Shown piece by piece: positions 25,088-36,084 of a DNA stretch of 40,850 nucleotides. The notes under the pieces were generated by a model. The model worked only from the letters and a program-made list of their open reading frames with translations, had not been told where the DNA came from and ran no database searches. Positions within the stretch are counted from its first letter, which is position 1. Each line of letters opens with the position of its first letter. This stretch comes from Octopus bimaculoides (taxonomy: Eukaryota). The stretch covers positions 69,851,919 to 69,892,768 of the forward strand of contig NC_068987.1 of assembly GCF_001194135.2 (NCBI RefSeq), in the 5' to 3' direction. The position numbers and the translations under genes were made by a program.

Positions 25088-25446
25088 TCTAAAATTTAGC
25101 TACATAACGGATGGTAAAAATAATACAAAATAGTAAAGATAGTCTCTGACAGCTGTTTCTGGGATATCCCAGGTATTAGAGTATCGTATCGAACGAAGAC
25201 ATTGTAAGTTGGGTATTCCGTCATCGGAGAAATATTAGTCAGACAGTGGAAGAATGTTCCTCATCAATGATATTTGTGGTGGTTCATTGTGTCCATGAGG
25301 GCGGGAAAGTCCAATTAAATCCAGTTAGATCGGGTTTTCTTTAGCTAAATCAAATCGTTGGGTTATCCCTGAAACAGCTGTCAGAGACTATCCTTATTTT
25401 CTATTTCCTACTATTTTTAGCATTCGTTATGAAGCTAAATTTTAGA
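25088..25446. mobile_element. Fold-back (MITE-like) element 1 with about 85-bp inverted arms
   Basis: 25088-25171 is the imperfect reverse complement of 25359-25446, including perfect gatagtctctgacagctgtttc / gaaacagctgtcagagactatc. Confidence 0.75.
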
Positions 25447-25480
25447 TTTAATTCAATAAAATTAATTGTTACTACTTTAT

Positions 25481-25521
<41 letters not shown>

Positions 25522-25754
25522 GCGTGTGTATGATTGTGTATAGATGAATATATTACTCCAAGAAATTCCAACTTTGTCCGATTTTCACGTTTTATTTACA
25601 ATCCTATAATATAAGATAATATAATATAATGAAATGATGAAATATTAAATGTCCATTCTGGTTGAACTAGTACTTTCATGCATTAAACTATGCAATCTTT
25701 AGGTTCGTGTAGTTGTGGTGACAGTTATATTTTACAATATATACAATATATATA

Positions 25755-26020
25755 CACAGCCTCGGGATCCATGTCCAGGTCCATATCCTCGACATCCTGG
25801 TTACTTTGTCTTGCGGATGGAACATGTAATGGATGTCCACCATGGCCTGGACGAGAATATCAAAAGTGTGATATCCTCTGAGCCGAGAGTAGGCCACGAT
25901 AGCGTGCTGTCTCGTGCAGGTCTTGAGGTCCAGCCAGAGTGCCGTCATCTGCAGGTAGGACATGTTGTGAGCCGACCAACAGTCTGCGGTGTTCGCAATT
26001 CAGGGTACATCTTTGAGCAA
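25755..26020 (-). pseudogene. hAT-superfamily transposase fragment (first catalytic Asp region) with internal deletion
   Basis: The minus strand reads LLKDVP*IANTADCWSAHNMSYLQMTALWLDLKTCTRQHAIVAYSRLRGYHTFDILVQAMVDIHYMFHPQDKVTR, matching the hAT pattern TxDxWS...SYxxxTxHW...GxHT...KV. Asp codon at 25982-25984. It then jumps to an acidic DVEDMDLDMDPEAV in another frame. Confidence 0.8.
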
Positions 26021-26175
26021 TCAATAATTAAAAAAAATGATAAATTGTAAACAGACATCGGTTGTAAACTTAAAAACTTAAAACCATATATATATATGTA
26101 TATAATAACAATAACAACAACAATAGCCATAATAATATCAATAATGATAATAATAATAATAATAAGAAGAAGAAG

Positions 26176-26472
26176 AAGAACAGAGATAAATTTATTTCTC
26201 AAACGCGTGATAATGCTATAAGTAGCGTAGTAAAGTTGAATTTACGTTAGCGTCTTATGAAGCTAAATTTATAAGTTCTAAAATTGTAGAAGAATTCGTT
26301 CCTGGGATGTTTAGTTTAATGGTAAAACACTTGACGCGTAATCACAAAGATGTGAGTTCGAGTCTCATGGTTCGCCAGTAGCGTATTTTTCTGCAATAAA
26401 TGGATAATTTATCCTGATCACGCTATTTATAACATTATCACGCGTTTGAGAAATAAATTTATTTGTGTTCTT
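26176..26472. mobile_element. Fold-back element 2: 53-bp outer arms, 23-bp inner arms, central tRNA-like unit
   Basis: 26176-26228 vs 26420-26472 are inverted with 49/53 matches (core 26186-26228, 41/43). 26283-26305 vs 26375-26397 are inverted with 18/23 matches. Confidence 0.8.
26304..26377 (+). tRNA. tRNA-like sequence or pseudogene (anticodon loop reads CGT, Thr-like; probably non-functional)
   Basis: A box TAGTTTAATGG 26312-26322, D stem GTTT/AAAC, T arm GTGAG-TTCGAGT-CTCAT 26352-26368, B box GTTCGAGTC, TTTTT at 26386-26390. The acceptor stem is poorly paired, position 33 is G, and the 3' anticodon stem has an insertion. Confidence 0.55.
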
Positions 26473-27382
26473 ACAATACATCTCAACGCTTCTAAAAAAG
26501 AATAAACTTTGTTTACTTTCATCGTAAAGTTGAATAATAATAATGATGATAATGATAATAATACAGGTAACTAGCAGCAATTTAAAACCATCAGGGAAAT
26601 AAATAAGTCACCATCACTACGAGTGACAAAGGTGCAGTGAGCACCAGAATTACTAGAAGTAGGAGTCGTAGACTTCATAGGTACAAAAGCACATGGTCTC
26701 TTTGTATTGACAAGGGTGAAAACCATCCCCACTCTGAGCGAGATGCATTAGATTAGCATGCTAATTTCGTATAGGAAATTAATACTCATTAGTAATGCTC
26801 ACACCATCACAGCCGGTAGAGGTCAACTCACCTTTTCACTATTATGGAGAATGCCATTGGAATCAGTGACTGATTTCACAAAACGGTAATGTGAAAATTA
26901 TAAACCCAGCAAGAAAATAATTCACCGTCGTTATATAAACTGACGCAGAGTATGATCAAGGACTACTTAAAAGGAAAAAACAAAACAATAAAAAACTAGC
27001 CTCCCATCCGTATCTACACGCAAGCTGCAATATTTTTGTGAGGACATAGTTTGTGCAATTTTTCGTGGGTAGGAAGGAGGCAGGACATTTGATCGCAGAA
27101 TCTTTTAACGATATTTTGTTTATAGAAATCACACAGATTGTAGTTTAAATTTGTTACTAGGCTGTTCTAAATTCATGGTAATATTATTTATAATTCAAAG
27201 CCTTGTTATTAAACTTTTTAAAATAGTGACACTACCTTGATAGGCGACGCATTGGAGGTGATGAATAACCGAGATGAGGGATGGAATGATGGTCGGAATT
27301 TGGTAGGTTCAGAAGTTAAGTTTCGTTTATTCGTTATTTCATTAAAGACTGCTGTTTTGGGTGTGTATACTTAATCATGAGT

Positions 27383-27435
<53 letters not shown>

Positions 27436-27930
27436 NNNNNNNNNNTCAGAAAATTATAAATTAAACTTTATTTTATATAGTGGCGTTTTCAAACTTCTTT
27501 TTTATAAATATATACCCACTCGTATGCCACCTACACTTTTTTTTATCAATATATATATTGCATGTTGACCACAAATAGGCCTAAAATCGTTTTGTCCACC
27601 ATAGACTGACGGATGCCAGTGCCAGCAGTTTTGGCAGAAATCTCGCCAATATATATATATATTGAAAATGCATAAAAATCCAATTTCCAAAGCTTAATTT
27701 AATCGGAAGGAGTGATGCCGTATATATACGGGGAACGACTATTCTACGACTGACCATGTGATGTTATGCACAGTTGGACATGTTTTCAATAGTGACCTAA
27801 TATGCCGGGAAAAATGTATTGCGAACTTTTAGGTTTTTTAGTGAGTGATTATGTTAAAAACATTCTATGTTTATGCACTATTAGCCCTTAGTATATTGTT
27901 ATTGTCTAATTATATTATATTATGATATAC

Positions 27931-28291
27931 TGTGGAGGCGCAATGGCCCAGTGGTTAGGGCAGCTGACACGCTGTCATAGGATCGCAGTTTCGATTCCCA
28001 GACCGGGCATTGTGAGTGTTTATTGAGCGAAAACACCTAAAGCTCCACGAGGCTCTGGCAGGGGGTGGGGGTGGCGAACCCTGCTGTTCTCTTTCACCAC
28101 AACTTTCTCTCATTCTTACTTCCTGTTTCTGTTGTGCCTGTAATTCAAAGAGTCAGCCTTGTCACACTGTGTCACACTGAATATCCCCGAGAACTACGTG
28201 AATGGTACACGTGTCTGTGGAGTGTTCAGCCACTTGCACGTTAATTGCACGAGCAGGCTGGAACCCTCGACGTCGTAAGCGACGGAGTGCC
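27931..28291 (+). mobile_element. SINE family C copy 1
   Basis: A box TGGCCCAGTGG 27944-27954, B box GTTTCGATTCC 27988-27998. Homologous to 36221-36605 and 39667-40054. Weak TSD ATATACT (27925-27931, 28301-28307). Confidence 0.93.
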
Positions 28292-29238
28292 GCTAAGAAT
28301 ATATACTAAGACTTCCCTTGGTATTTACTATTAAGAAGGCAATTATATGGGGTTATGAAATTGCAGGACAAGCTTTTAGAGGTTAAACAGTTAACTGAGC
28401 TTGGAAATATATTACAGCAAGAATAACTTGCATTAATCAAGTCAGAAAATGTTGAAAATATGTATGATTCATCGGATAATGAAAAGAAATTAAATTTATG
28501 AAATCATTAGCATTACATGTTCACACACGAAAGCAATAAATTTGACTGAACCGCAAAATATTTCTTTAAATATTTCTAAGTTTTGCAAACATTAGATACG
28601 TTTGAGTATTGCATGTTGTCTGAAAATAGTGTATCGTCAAGAGCCTAATTAAATAAATACTAAGGAATATAATACTTTGAAAGATATTTTTTTTAAATCT
28701 CAAACTTATTGTGTATGCTTTTGGATACATATATTAACAAACATTCATGAGCACATACAATACGTATTCCAATCTATATAGTTATATATACACACATAGA
28801 TACATATGTCTACACACTCACACAAGCACACGCATATATACATGCATACAAACATACAGCCTATTAATCCGTATAGAAAGCGAAAACGTAAATGCAAATT
28901 GACAGTGAAAACAGTAATATAAAATTTTATTCAAGTGTAGAAGAGAAAAGAAAACGAAAAAGAAAAGGGATATAATTTTTATCTTAAGTACAAAAAGTTG
29001 GTTCATTTTTTGTATTTGAAACTGCATTTTGCTATTAAATATTGTTGAAACTGGAAACAGGCTCCGCAAGATATAAGTATTCCAAACACACGCTGTATAT
29101 CACAAATGCGCGCCCACATCTCCATAAAAATTTGAGGTTAAATGTATGTGCATATATATTACTATGCAGCGTGTCTGATGCATTTAAAAATCTGGTGGGG
29201 GCAGATCCCATTCCCATAGAGAGAGTGAGAAAGGGAGA

Positions 29239-29284
<46 letters not shown>

Positions 29285-29299
29285 CGGCCACACAGATTA

Positions 29300-29390
29300 C
29301 GAAATTGGGACTTTATTTACCAACCCCGAAATTAAGGAGTAAGTTGACCTCGACTCTGCTTGGACACAGAACCATAAAATAGACCACAAG
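29300..29390 (-). mobile_element. Old SINE family B fragment
   Basis: The reverse complement has gagtcgaggtcaacttactcc..ttcggggttggtaaataaagtccc, a decayed B core. Confidence 0.45.
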
Positions 29391-30547
29391 GTCATTTTAT
29401 TTGACGCTCTTACGGCTCACCCATACTCCTCGTGTGTGTATATACATATATACATGGATATGAATGTACTTATATATACATATATAAATATATGTATGCA
29501 TGTATGTATNNNNNNNNNNNNNNNNNNNNNNNNNNNNNNNNNNNNNNNNNNNNNNNNNNNNNNNNNNNNNNNNNNNNNNNNNNNNNNNNNNNNNNNNNNN
29601 NNNNNNNNNNNNNNNNNNNNNNNNNNNNNNNNNNNNNNNNNNNNNNNNNNNNNNNNNNNNNNNNNNNNNNNNNNNNNNNNNNNNNNNNNNNNNNNNNNNN
29701 NNNNNNNNNNNNNNNNNNNNNNNNNNNNNNNNNNNNNNNNNNNNNNNNNNNNNNNNNNNNNNNNNNNNNNNNNNNNNNNNNNNNNNNNNNNNNNNNNNNN
29801 NNNNNNNNNNNNNNNNNNNNNNNNNNNNNNNNNNNNNNNNNNNNNNNNNNNNNNNNNNNNNNNNNNNNNNNNNNNNNNNNNNNNNNNNNNNNNNNNNNNN
29901 NNNNNNNNNNNNNNNNNNNNNNNNNNNNNNNNNNNNNNNNNNNNNNNNNNNNNNNNNNNNNNNNNNNNNNNNNNNNNNNNNNNNNNNNNNNNNNNNNNNN
30001 NNNNNNNNNNNNNNNNNNNNNNNNNNNNNNNNNNNNNNNNNNNNNNNNNNNNNNNNNNNNNNNNNNNNNNNNNNNNNNNNNNNNNNNNNNNNNNNNNNNN
30101 NNNNNNNNNNNNNNNNNNNNNNNNNNNNNNNNNNNNNNNNNNNNNNNNNNNNNNNNNNNNNNNNNNNNNNNNNNNNNNNNNNNNNNNNNNNNNNNNNNNN
30201 NNNNNNNNNNNNNNNNNNNNNNNNNNNNNNNNNNNNNNNNNNNNNNNNNNNNNNNNNNNNNNNNNNNNNNNNNNNNNNNNNNNNNNNNNNNNNNNNNNNN
30301 NNNNNNNNNNNNNNNNNNNNNNNNNNNNNNNNNNNNNNNNNNNNNNNNNNNNNNNNNNNNNNNNNNNNNNNNNNNNNNNNNNNNNNNNNNNNNNNNNNNN
30401 NNNNNNNNNNNNNNNNNNNNNNNNNNNNNNNNNNNNNNNNNNNNNNNNNNNNNNNNNNNNNNNNNNNNNNNNNNNNNNNNNNNNNNNNCCGTTTAAGGTG
30501 TCCGGGACACCTGCAACACTTCACACGTAGGCAATTTGCGAATGCCG

Positions 30548-30592
30548 CTTCTTCTTCTTCTTCTTCTTCTTCTTCTTCTTCTTCTTCTTCTT

Positions 30593-30653
<61 letters not shown>

Positions 30654-30680
30654 CACTACTACTACTACTACTACTACTTG
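30548..30680. repeat. (TTC)n-(TAC)n compound microsatellite
   Basis: Direct reading. Confidence 0.97.
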
Positions 30681-31564
30681 CAACAGTAGTCGTACTATGC
30701 CCAATAACGATCACATACAAAACAGTAGTATTGTGTTTGCGATTGATAGTTATGCTACTACTTCTATTCTCACTCCTGCTTGCAGTTTGTAGTTTTGCAA
30801 CTAATAACTAATTCAACGTAGCACTTAACTTTAGCAATAGGTGCTGGTTAGTCGCTTTGAATACTACTAGTACTACGCTATTTGAACTGCTTTCGCTGTC
30901 TCCTCCCCTTCTTCCCCCTCCTTCTTCTTATACCTATCCTGTACCCATTACTTTGTGAAATGCAGTTTTTCTACTTTAGCCATACAGATTTTTTTTTATC
31001 TAATATAACTTAATGCAGCCAACAAAGCTGGTTTCGTGCGATTGTTCAACTGCTAGAAATAACAGCAAAATATCCTTAAAATTTCATTCTACTTTTTTAA
31101 AATATACTTAGATGTATATTCGGTGATCGAGTCCAGGTAATAATATATCTCAGGAACTAATATGCCTTAAGAAAAAAAAAATGTAAATATTGGATGGTTA
31201 CTATTGGAATGTCGACTGAACGATAAGAATTCAACAGATAGAAACGGCCACTGAAGACATACACTAGCTAATGTTGTGCCCTTAGCAAGTGCACCTTCAG
31301 ACCATCAAGTCTATCTATCGTAATAAATCACATATTTTTTTCATACACTTGTGGGATCTCGAGGAAGGAGAAGTACCTATAACTTTCGCAGGAGTTTTGA
31401 AATAATTGAGATTGCGGCCATTAATATTCCACTTGAACCTTTGAAAGTCAATATATGCTAGAAGGACATGATCAGTGAATGAGTTTCATACGTTCTGCAG
31501 ACGACGGTTGACTAGATATAGTGGTTAGTACTACGGCTGGGAGTTTGGGTATACATTGTATGAT

Positions 31565-31628
31565 GGAAGAAGAGAAATATTTGTCCGGAAGAAGAGAAAT
31601 ATTTGTCCGGAAGAAGAGAAATATTTGT
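31565..31628. repeat. 22-bp tandem repeat, 2.9 copies
   Basis: GGAAGAAGAGAAATATTTGTCC at 31565 and 31587, plus a 20-nt third copy at 31609. Confidence 0.97.
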
Positions 31629-32039
31629 ATGAATATTGCACGAGAGCAGGCGTCTTCTCAGAGCAGAACCTATTGTAGCTTCAGTATTAAAGGTAGGTAG
31701 AGGAGTACATCTATAGGCCAGAGGTTGAAGTTTGTCTGTGAGCGATTTTATATTCAATTAGTCCTGTGGCCTACGGTTTGGAATAGCTGTATGTCAAGCA
31801 GCAGTACACTACCCATGTCGATGTGCGCAGTATTGTTCTCATCTCAGCGGGTAAACTGTATATCTGAAAGACAAACAGAAAAATAAAACATATATCAGGA
31901 TTACACCTATTCGCGACTTGTGGGTTGTACTGAAGATATACGACAGTAAAACCAACTGGTATTTATTGCATATATTACTTATTTTACATTGGTTGGTAGT
32001 ACCGTGGAAGCGATTGAGTGCCAAACGAAGTGACATGAT

Positions 32040-32135
32040 GGTTTTAGTTGTATCACTTTGACTTCTGACCTCAAATCTCACTGAGGTCAATGTTTACTTT
32101 CATCACTTCGTGGTCGATAATATAAGTCCCGCTCA
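32040..32135 (+). mobile_element. Old SINE family B fragment
   Basis: ctcaaatctcactgaggtcaatgtttactttcatcacttcgtggtcgataatataagtccc resembles the B core. Confidence 0.55.
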
Positions 32136-32562
32136 CATATTTTCACCAACCGCAGCTGTACTTTCCAAATTAGAACTATTTATTATAATATTGCTGAAAT
32201 AGCAACAGAATTAACTGTATCTGCTTTTGCTGCTATTACATTTCCTACATAACATCTACCAAAACCTGCCATGGTATTAGTTGTAGTAATAATTTACTAT
32301 CCGTCAGCTGTTGTGGTCGTTAACTCCCCATTTCAGCCCTGATTATCAAGGTATATTAATATCTTGAACTACACTACACTACACATTGGGTCATATTCTA
32401 ATGACATTGCCGTTTACACAAAACAAGATTTGGGTGCTATTTCTAACAGGCTTAGCGAACAGCATCTCTTTTTCGCCGGTTCTTGGATTGGGAAATACTA
32501 ATGTGGTTTGTTAGTGCATGGTGGTCCCAGTAGTAAAGGTTACATTATTAACAGGAAGAATT

Positions 32563-32563
32563 G

Positions 32564-32637
<74 letters not shown>

Positions 32638-32834
32638 GAAGTTGTAGTTTAGTACTAGACTCGCCTGGGTCGAGAAGAACTATACAGAACAGTGTTCCGG
32701 GTGACCACATCGTATACATACATACATACATATATACATACATACATACATACATACATGTAAATATACGCGTTTGCATACATATATACGTGTGTGTGTG
32801 TGTGTGTGTGTAAATGTATCTACCTATCTATCTA

Positions 32835-32873
<39 letters not shown>

Positions 32874-32900
32874 GACTGTCTGTGTATGTATGTATGTATA
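32563..32900. repeat. (CTA)n followed by (TACA)n, (TG)n and (CTGT)n tracts
   Basis: Direct reading. Confidence 0.9.
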
Positions 32901-33049
32901 TATTTGTAAGAATGGTATGCATTGTATATATACCCGTACTCAGTTTTGTTTACTTAGTTCAATTTATCTTACTTCATTAAAGATTATGGAGTTTGATTTT
33001 CTTCAGGGAGGTTTGGCTATTATTTCTAACAGATTGTGCACGTAGCCTT

Positions 33050-33193
33050 TCATTATAATCATCATCAGCAGCATCATCATCATCATCAACATAAGCAGCA
33101 ACAGCAGTAGCAGCAGCAGCAGCAGCAGCAACAGTAGCAGTAGTGGCGGTGGCGGTGTTGTTCCTTTTGTTTCTGTTGTTGTTACTGTTGTTG

Positions 33194-33225
<32 letters not shown>

Positions 33226-33301
33226 GGAGGCACTACTGATGCTTGTGTTGCTGGTACTGGTGGTATTTGCAGCGGTGGTGGTGCTGGTGGCGGTGGTTGT
33301 G

Positions 33302-33349
<48 letters not shown>

Positions 33350-33391
33350 ACCGCAGCAGCAGCAGCAGCAGTAGTNNNNNNNNNNGTTGTG

Positions 33392-33439
<48 letters not shown>

Positions 33440-33442
33440 ACC

Positions 33443-33516
<74 letters not shown>

Positions 33517-33529
33517 TGTAGTAGTAACC

Positions 33530-33560
<31 letters not shown>

Positions 33561-33575
33561 TAGTAGTAGTAGTTA
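33050..33575. repeat. Trinucleotide mosaic with higher-order (GTA)n-ACC-(GCA)n units
   Basis: The GTAACCGCAGCA junction occurs three times (near 33347, 33437, 33523). Confidence 0.92.
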
Positions 33576-33894
33576 TGCTTGAATTAAAGATGTGGACGTA
33601 GAGTTAGTAAGAGAAGTAGCATTAGTGGTGTAAGTAGTAATTACAGAATGAGAAGCAAGAAGCGGGTCACATTAGTGACATTAGTGTTTTCCTTTTTGAC
33701 TGGCGTCAGTAGCAGGGTGTTCCCATACTGGTGCACGGCGACAATTTGCATTTTAATTTATTTATTTATTTATTTTGTTTAAAAGTGCTGGTAAATGTTG
33801 TTACATCTCCTTAGCCACATATGAAACAGGATAGTGTAGATTTGTTATCAACGTTATTTCAACCATGACATTCCCGTCTCCGTATTGGATTATT

Positions 33895-34190
33895 GGACTG
33901 GTACTCTGTCGGTTGAGACTACGAGGGTTTCACTAAATCCGACCAACGGAACAACTTGCTCGTGCAATTAACCTGACACGCGTATCCTTAACGTAGTTTT
34001 CAGCGAGATTCAGCGTGACATAGAGTGTGACAAGGCTGGTCCTTTGACTTACAGGTACTAATCACTTTTGCCAACTGAATGGACTGGAGCAACATGAAAT
34101 ACAATGTCTTGCTCGAGAGGACATTGCGCCACGAGATATCGAACTGATGACCTAACAATCGTGAGCCGGACCCCTAATCACTTAACCACT
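33895..34190 (-). mobile_element. Older SINE: tRNA head + V-domain-like body + family C 3' module
   Basis: The minus strand reads gtggttaagtgattagg..cagttcgatatc, then gagcaagac..tttcatgttgctccagtccattcagttggcaaaa, then cctgtaagtcaaaggaccagccttgtcacac..., which is homologous to family C from 39869 onward. Confidence 0.8.
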
Positions 34191-34519
34191 ACATTATGTG
34201 ATGCATTATGTTTTAAAGAGAGCAGAGTCCACACCGAATAAATTGTTTGTTTTTTTTGTTTTGCTTTTTCTAGGAAGTCAAACAACCACATAAGAGTTTC
34301 TGGTGGGATGTTTGTTGAGTGATGGTGTGTACTGGTCTCAGTAGTCGTAAAAATTACAGCATAAGTAGTTTTAATACTAAGAGCAGTTGCAGCGAAATAA
34401 CAAAAACATTAGCAGCAGTAGCGAAATAGCAAAATGCCTGAGATTATTTGTTTGAAATCTCTGATTTCAAATCGCGCCGATTGCCTTCTATGATTTTGGG
34501 TTCGATATACAAATATCAA

Positions 34520-34733
34520 GAATGGCGAGCTGGCAGAAACGTTAGCACGCCGGGCAAAATGCTTAGCGGTATTTCGTCCGTCCTTACATTCTGTGTTCAA
34601 ATTCCACCGAGGTCGACTTTGCCTTTCATCCTTTCAGGGTCGATAAATTAATTATCAGTTGCATACTGAGGTTGATATAATCGACTGGCCCCCCTCCCCC
34701 AAAATTTCGGGCTTTTTGCTTAGAGTAGAAAAG
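34520..34733 (+). mobile_element. SINE family B, intact reference copy with perfect 16-bp TSD
   Basis: GATATACAAATATCAA at 34504-34519 and 34734-34749; complete head, core and tail. Confidence 0.95.
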
Positions 34734-35685
34734 GATATACAAATATCAAACTAAGGCGTCAGATTTTAGAAACTGTGTGAAGGCTGGAGTATATCCCTTC
34801 CAATTCTTGACACAGCCTCTTGCGTTCTGATTTCGAATCCTGCTATGAATTACTTTGATGGTTGACTTGACGCCTCAGTCCGTTCCACACCACCACATGT
34901 CACCTTTGGTCCTTTTAGCCAAGGCTTTTCTGGTTGTGGATATCTTCCTCTTTCTCACCTACTAGTAGTCGCGAAGGCTTAAGCGTGAAGAGCACTGCAT
35001 TTCTTCCGGGCTAATAGGTAAACAAAATAATAAAATAAATAAAAATAAAGAAAATGTGTGGATTTAAATTTCAGCAGGNNNNNNNNNNNNNNNNNNNNNN
35101 NNNNNNNNNNNNNNNNNNNNNNNNNNNNNNNNNNNNNNNNNNNNNNNNNNNNNNNNNNNNNNNNNNNNNNNNNNNNNNNNNNNNNNNNNNNNNNNNNNNN
35201 NNNNNNNNNNNNNNNNNNNNNNNNNNNNNNNNNNNNNNNNNNNNNNNNNNNNNNNNNNNNNNNNNNNNNNNNNNNNNNNNNNNNNNNNNNNNNNNNNNNN
35301 NNNNNNNNNNNNNNNNNNNNNNNNNNNNNNNNNNNNNNNNNNNNNNNNNNNNNNNNNNNNNNNNNNNNNNNNNNNNNNNNNNNNNNNNNNNNNNNNNNNN
35401 NNNNNNNNNNNNNNNNNNNNNNNNNNNNNNNNNNNNNNNNNNNNNNNNNNNNNNNNNNNNNNNNNNNNNNNNNNNNNNNNNNNNNNNNNNNNNNNNNNNN
35501 NNNNNNNNNNNNNNNNNNNNNNNNNNNNNNNNNNNNNNNNNNNNNNNNNNNNGTATTATAGCTTGAGGTTGTACCGTTTTTTATTATACCATAACCTTGA
35601 CATAAATTGTGGAACTTTGAAAAGCCGTGAATGAATCAAATTTACTTGTTTATTAATATTATTATTATTATCATTATTAGTATTA

Positions 35686-35902
35686 GGCGAGCAAGCAGAA
35701 TAGTTAGCACGCAGGGCAAAATGCTTAGCGATATTTCGTCTGTCGCTACGTTCTGAGTTCAAATTCTGCCGAGGTCAACGTTACCTTTCAACATTTCTGG
35801 GTCGATTAAATAAGTACCAGTTACACACTGGGGTCGATGTAATCGACTTAATCCCTACTGCCAATTTTTGAGCCCTTCTGCTTCTAGTAGAAAGGATTAT
35901 TA
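35686..35902 (+). mobile_element. SINE family B, full-length copy
   Basis: Complete match to 34520; preceded by an (ATT)n-like run; ends agtagaaaggattatt. Confidence 0.93.
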
Positions 35903-36084
35903 CATATGGTACTCCTATTTTTATTGCTATTAGAACATCATGAGGGTAAGATACAAACCTGAGGGTAGTGAAATTGACTATGTATTTATGATAATGTGAA
36001 TATGTGTCTGCGTGCCTCAGGTGTAAGCATGCATGTATATATTTTTCATTTTCTCTCTCTTTCTGCATAAATCTGAAAATTCCA

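Noticed and set aside
25715-26050. 111-aa plus-strand ORF or possible exon (acag...gtagga)
   Set aside because: It is the antisense shadow of the hAT fragment, whose motifs are on the minus strand.
26304-26377. A functional tRNA-Thr(CGT) gene
   Set aside because: The acceptor stem is mostly wobble or mismatch, U33 is replaced by G, and the anticodon stem is disrupted. Kept only as tRNA-like.
27718-27731. 14-bp palindrome CCGTATATATACGG
   Set aside because: Most of its symmetry comes from a (TA)n core, which is expected by chance here.
33296-33465. Exact 80-bp tandem duplication
   Set aside because: It flanks a 10-N gap (33376-33385); likely the same assembly artefact.
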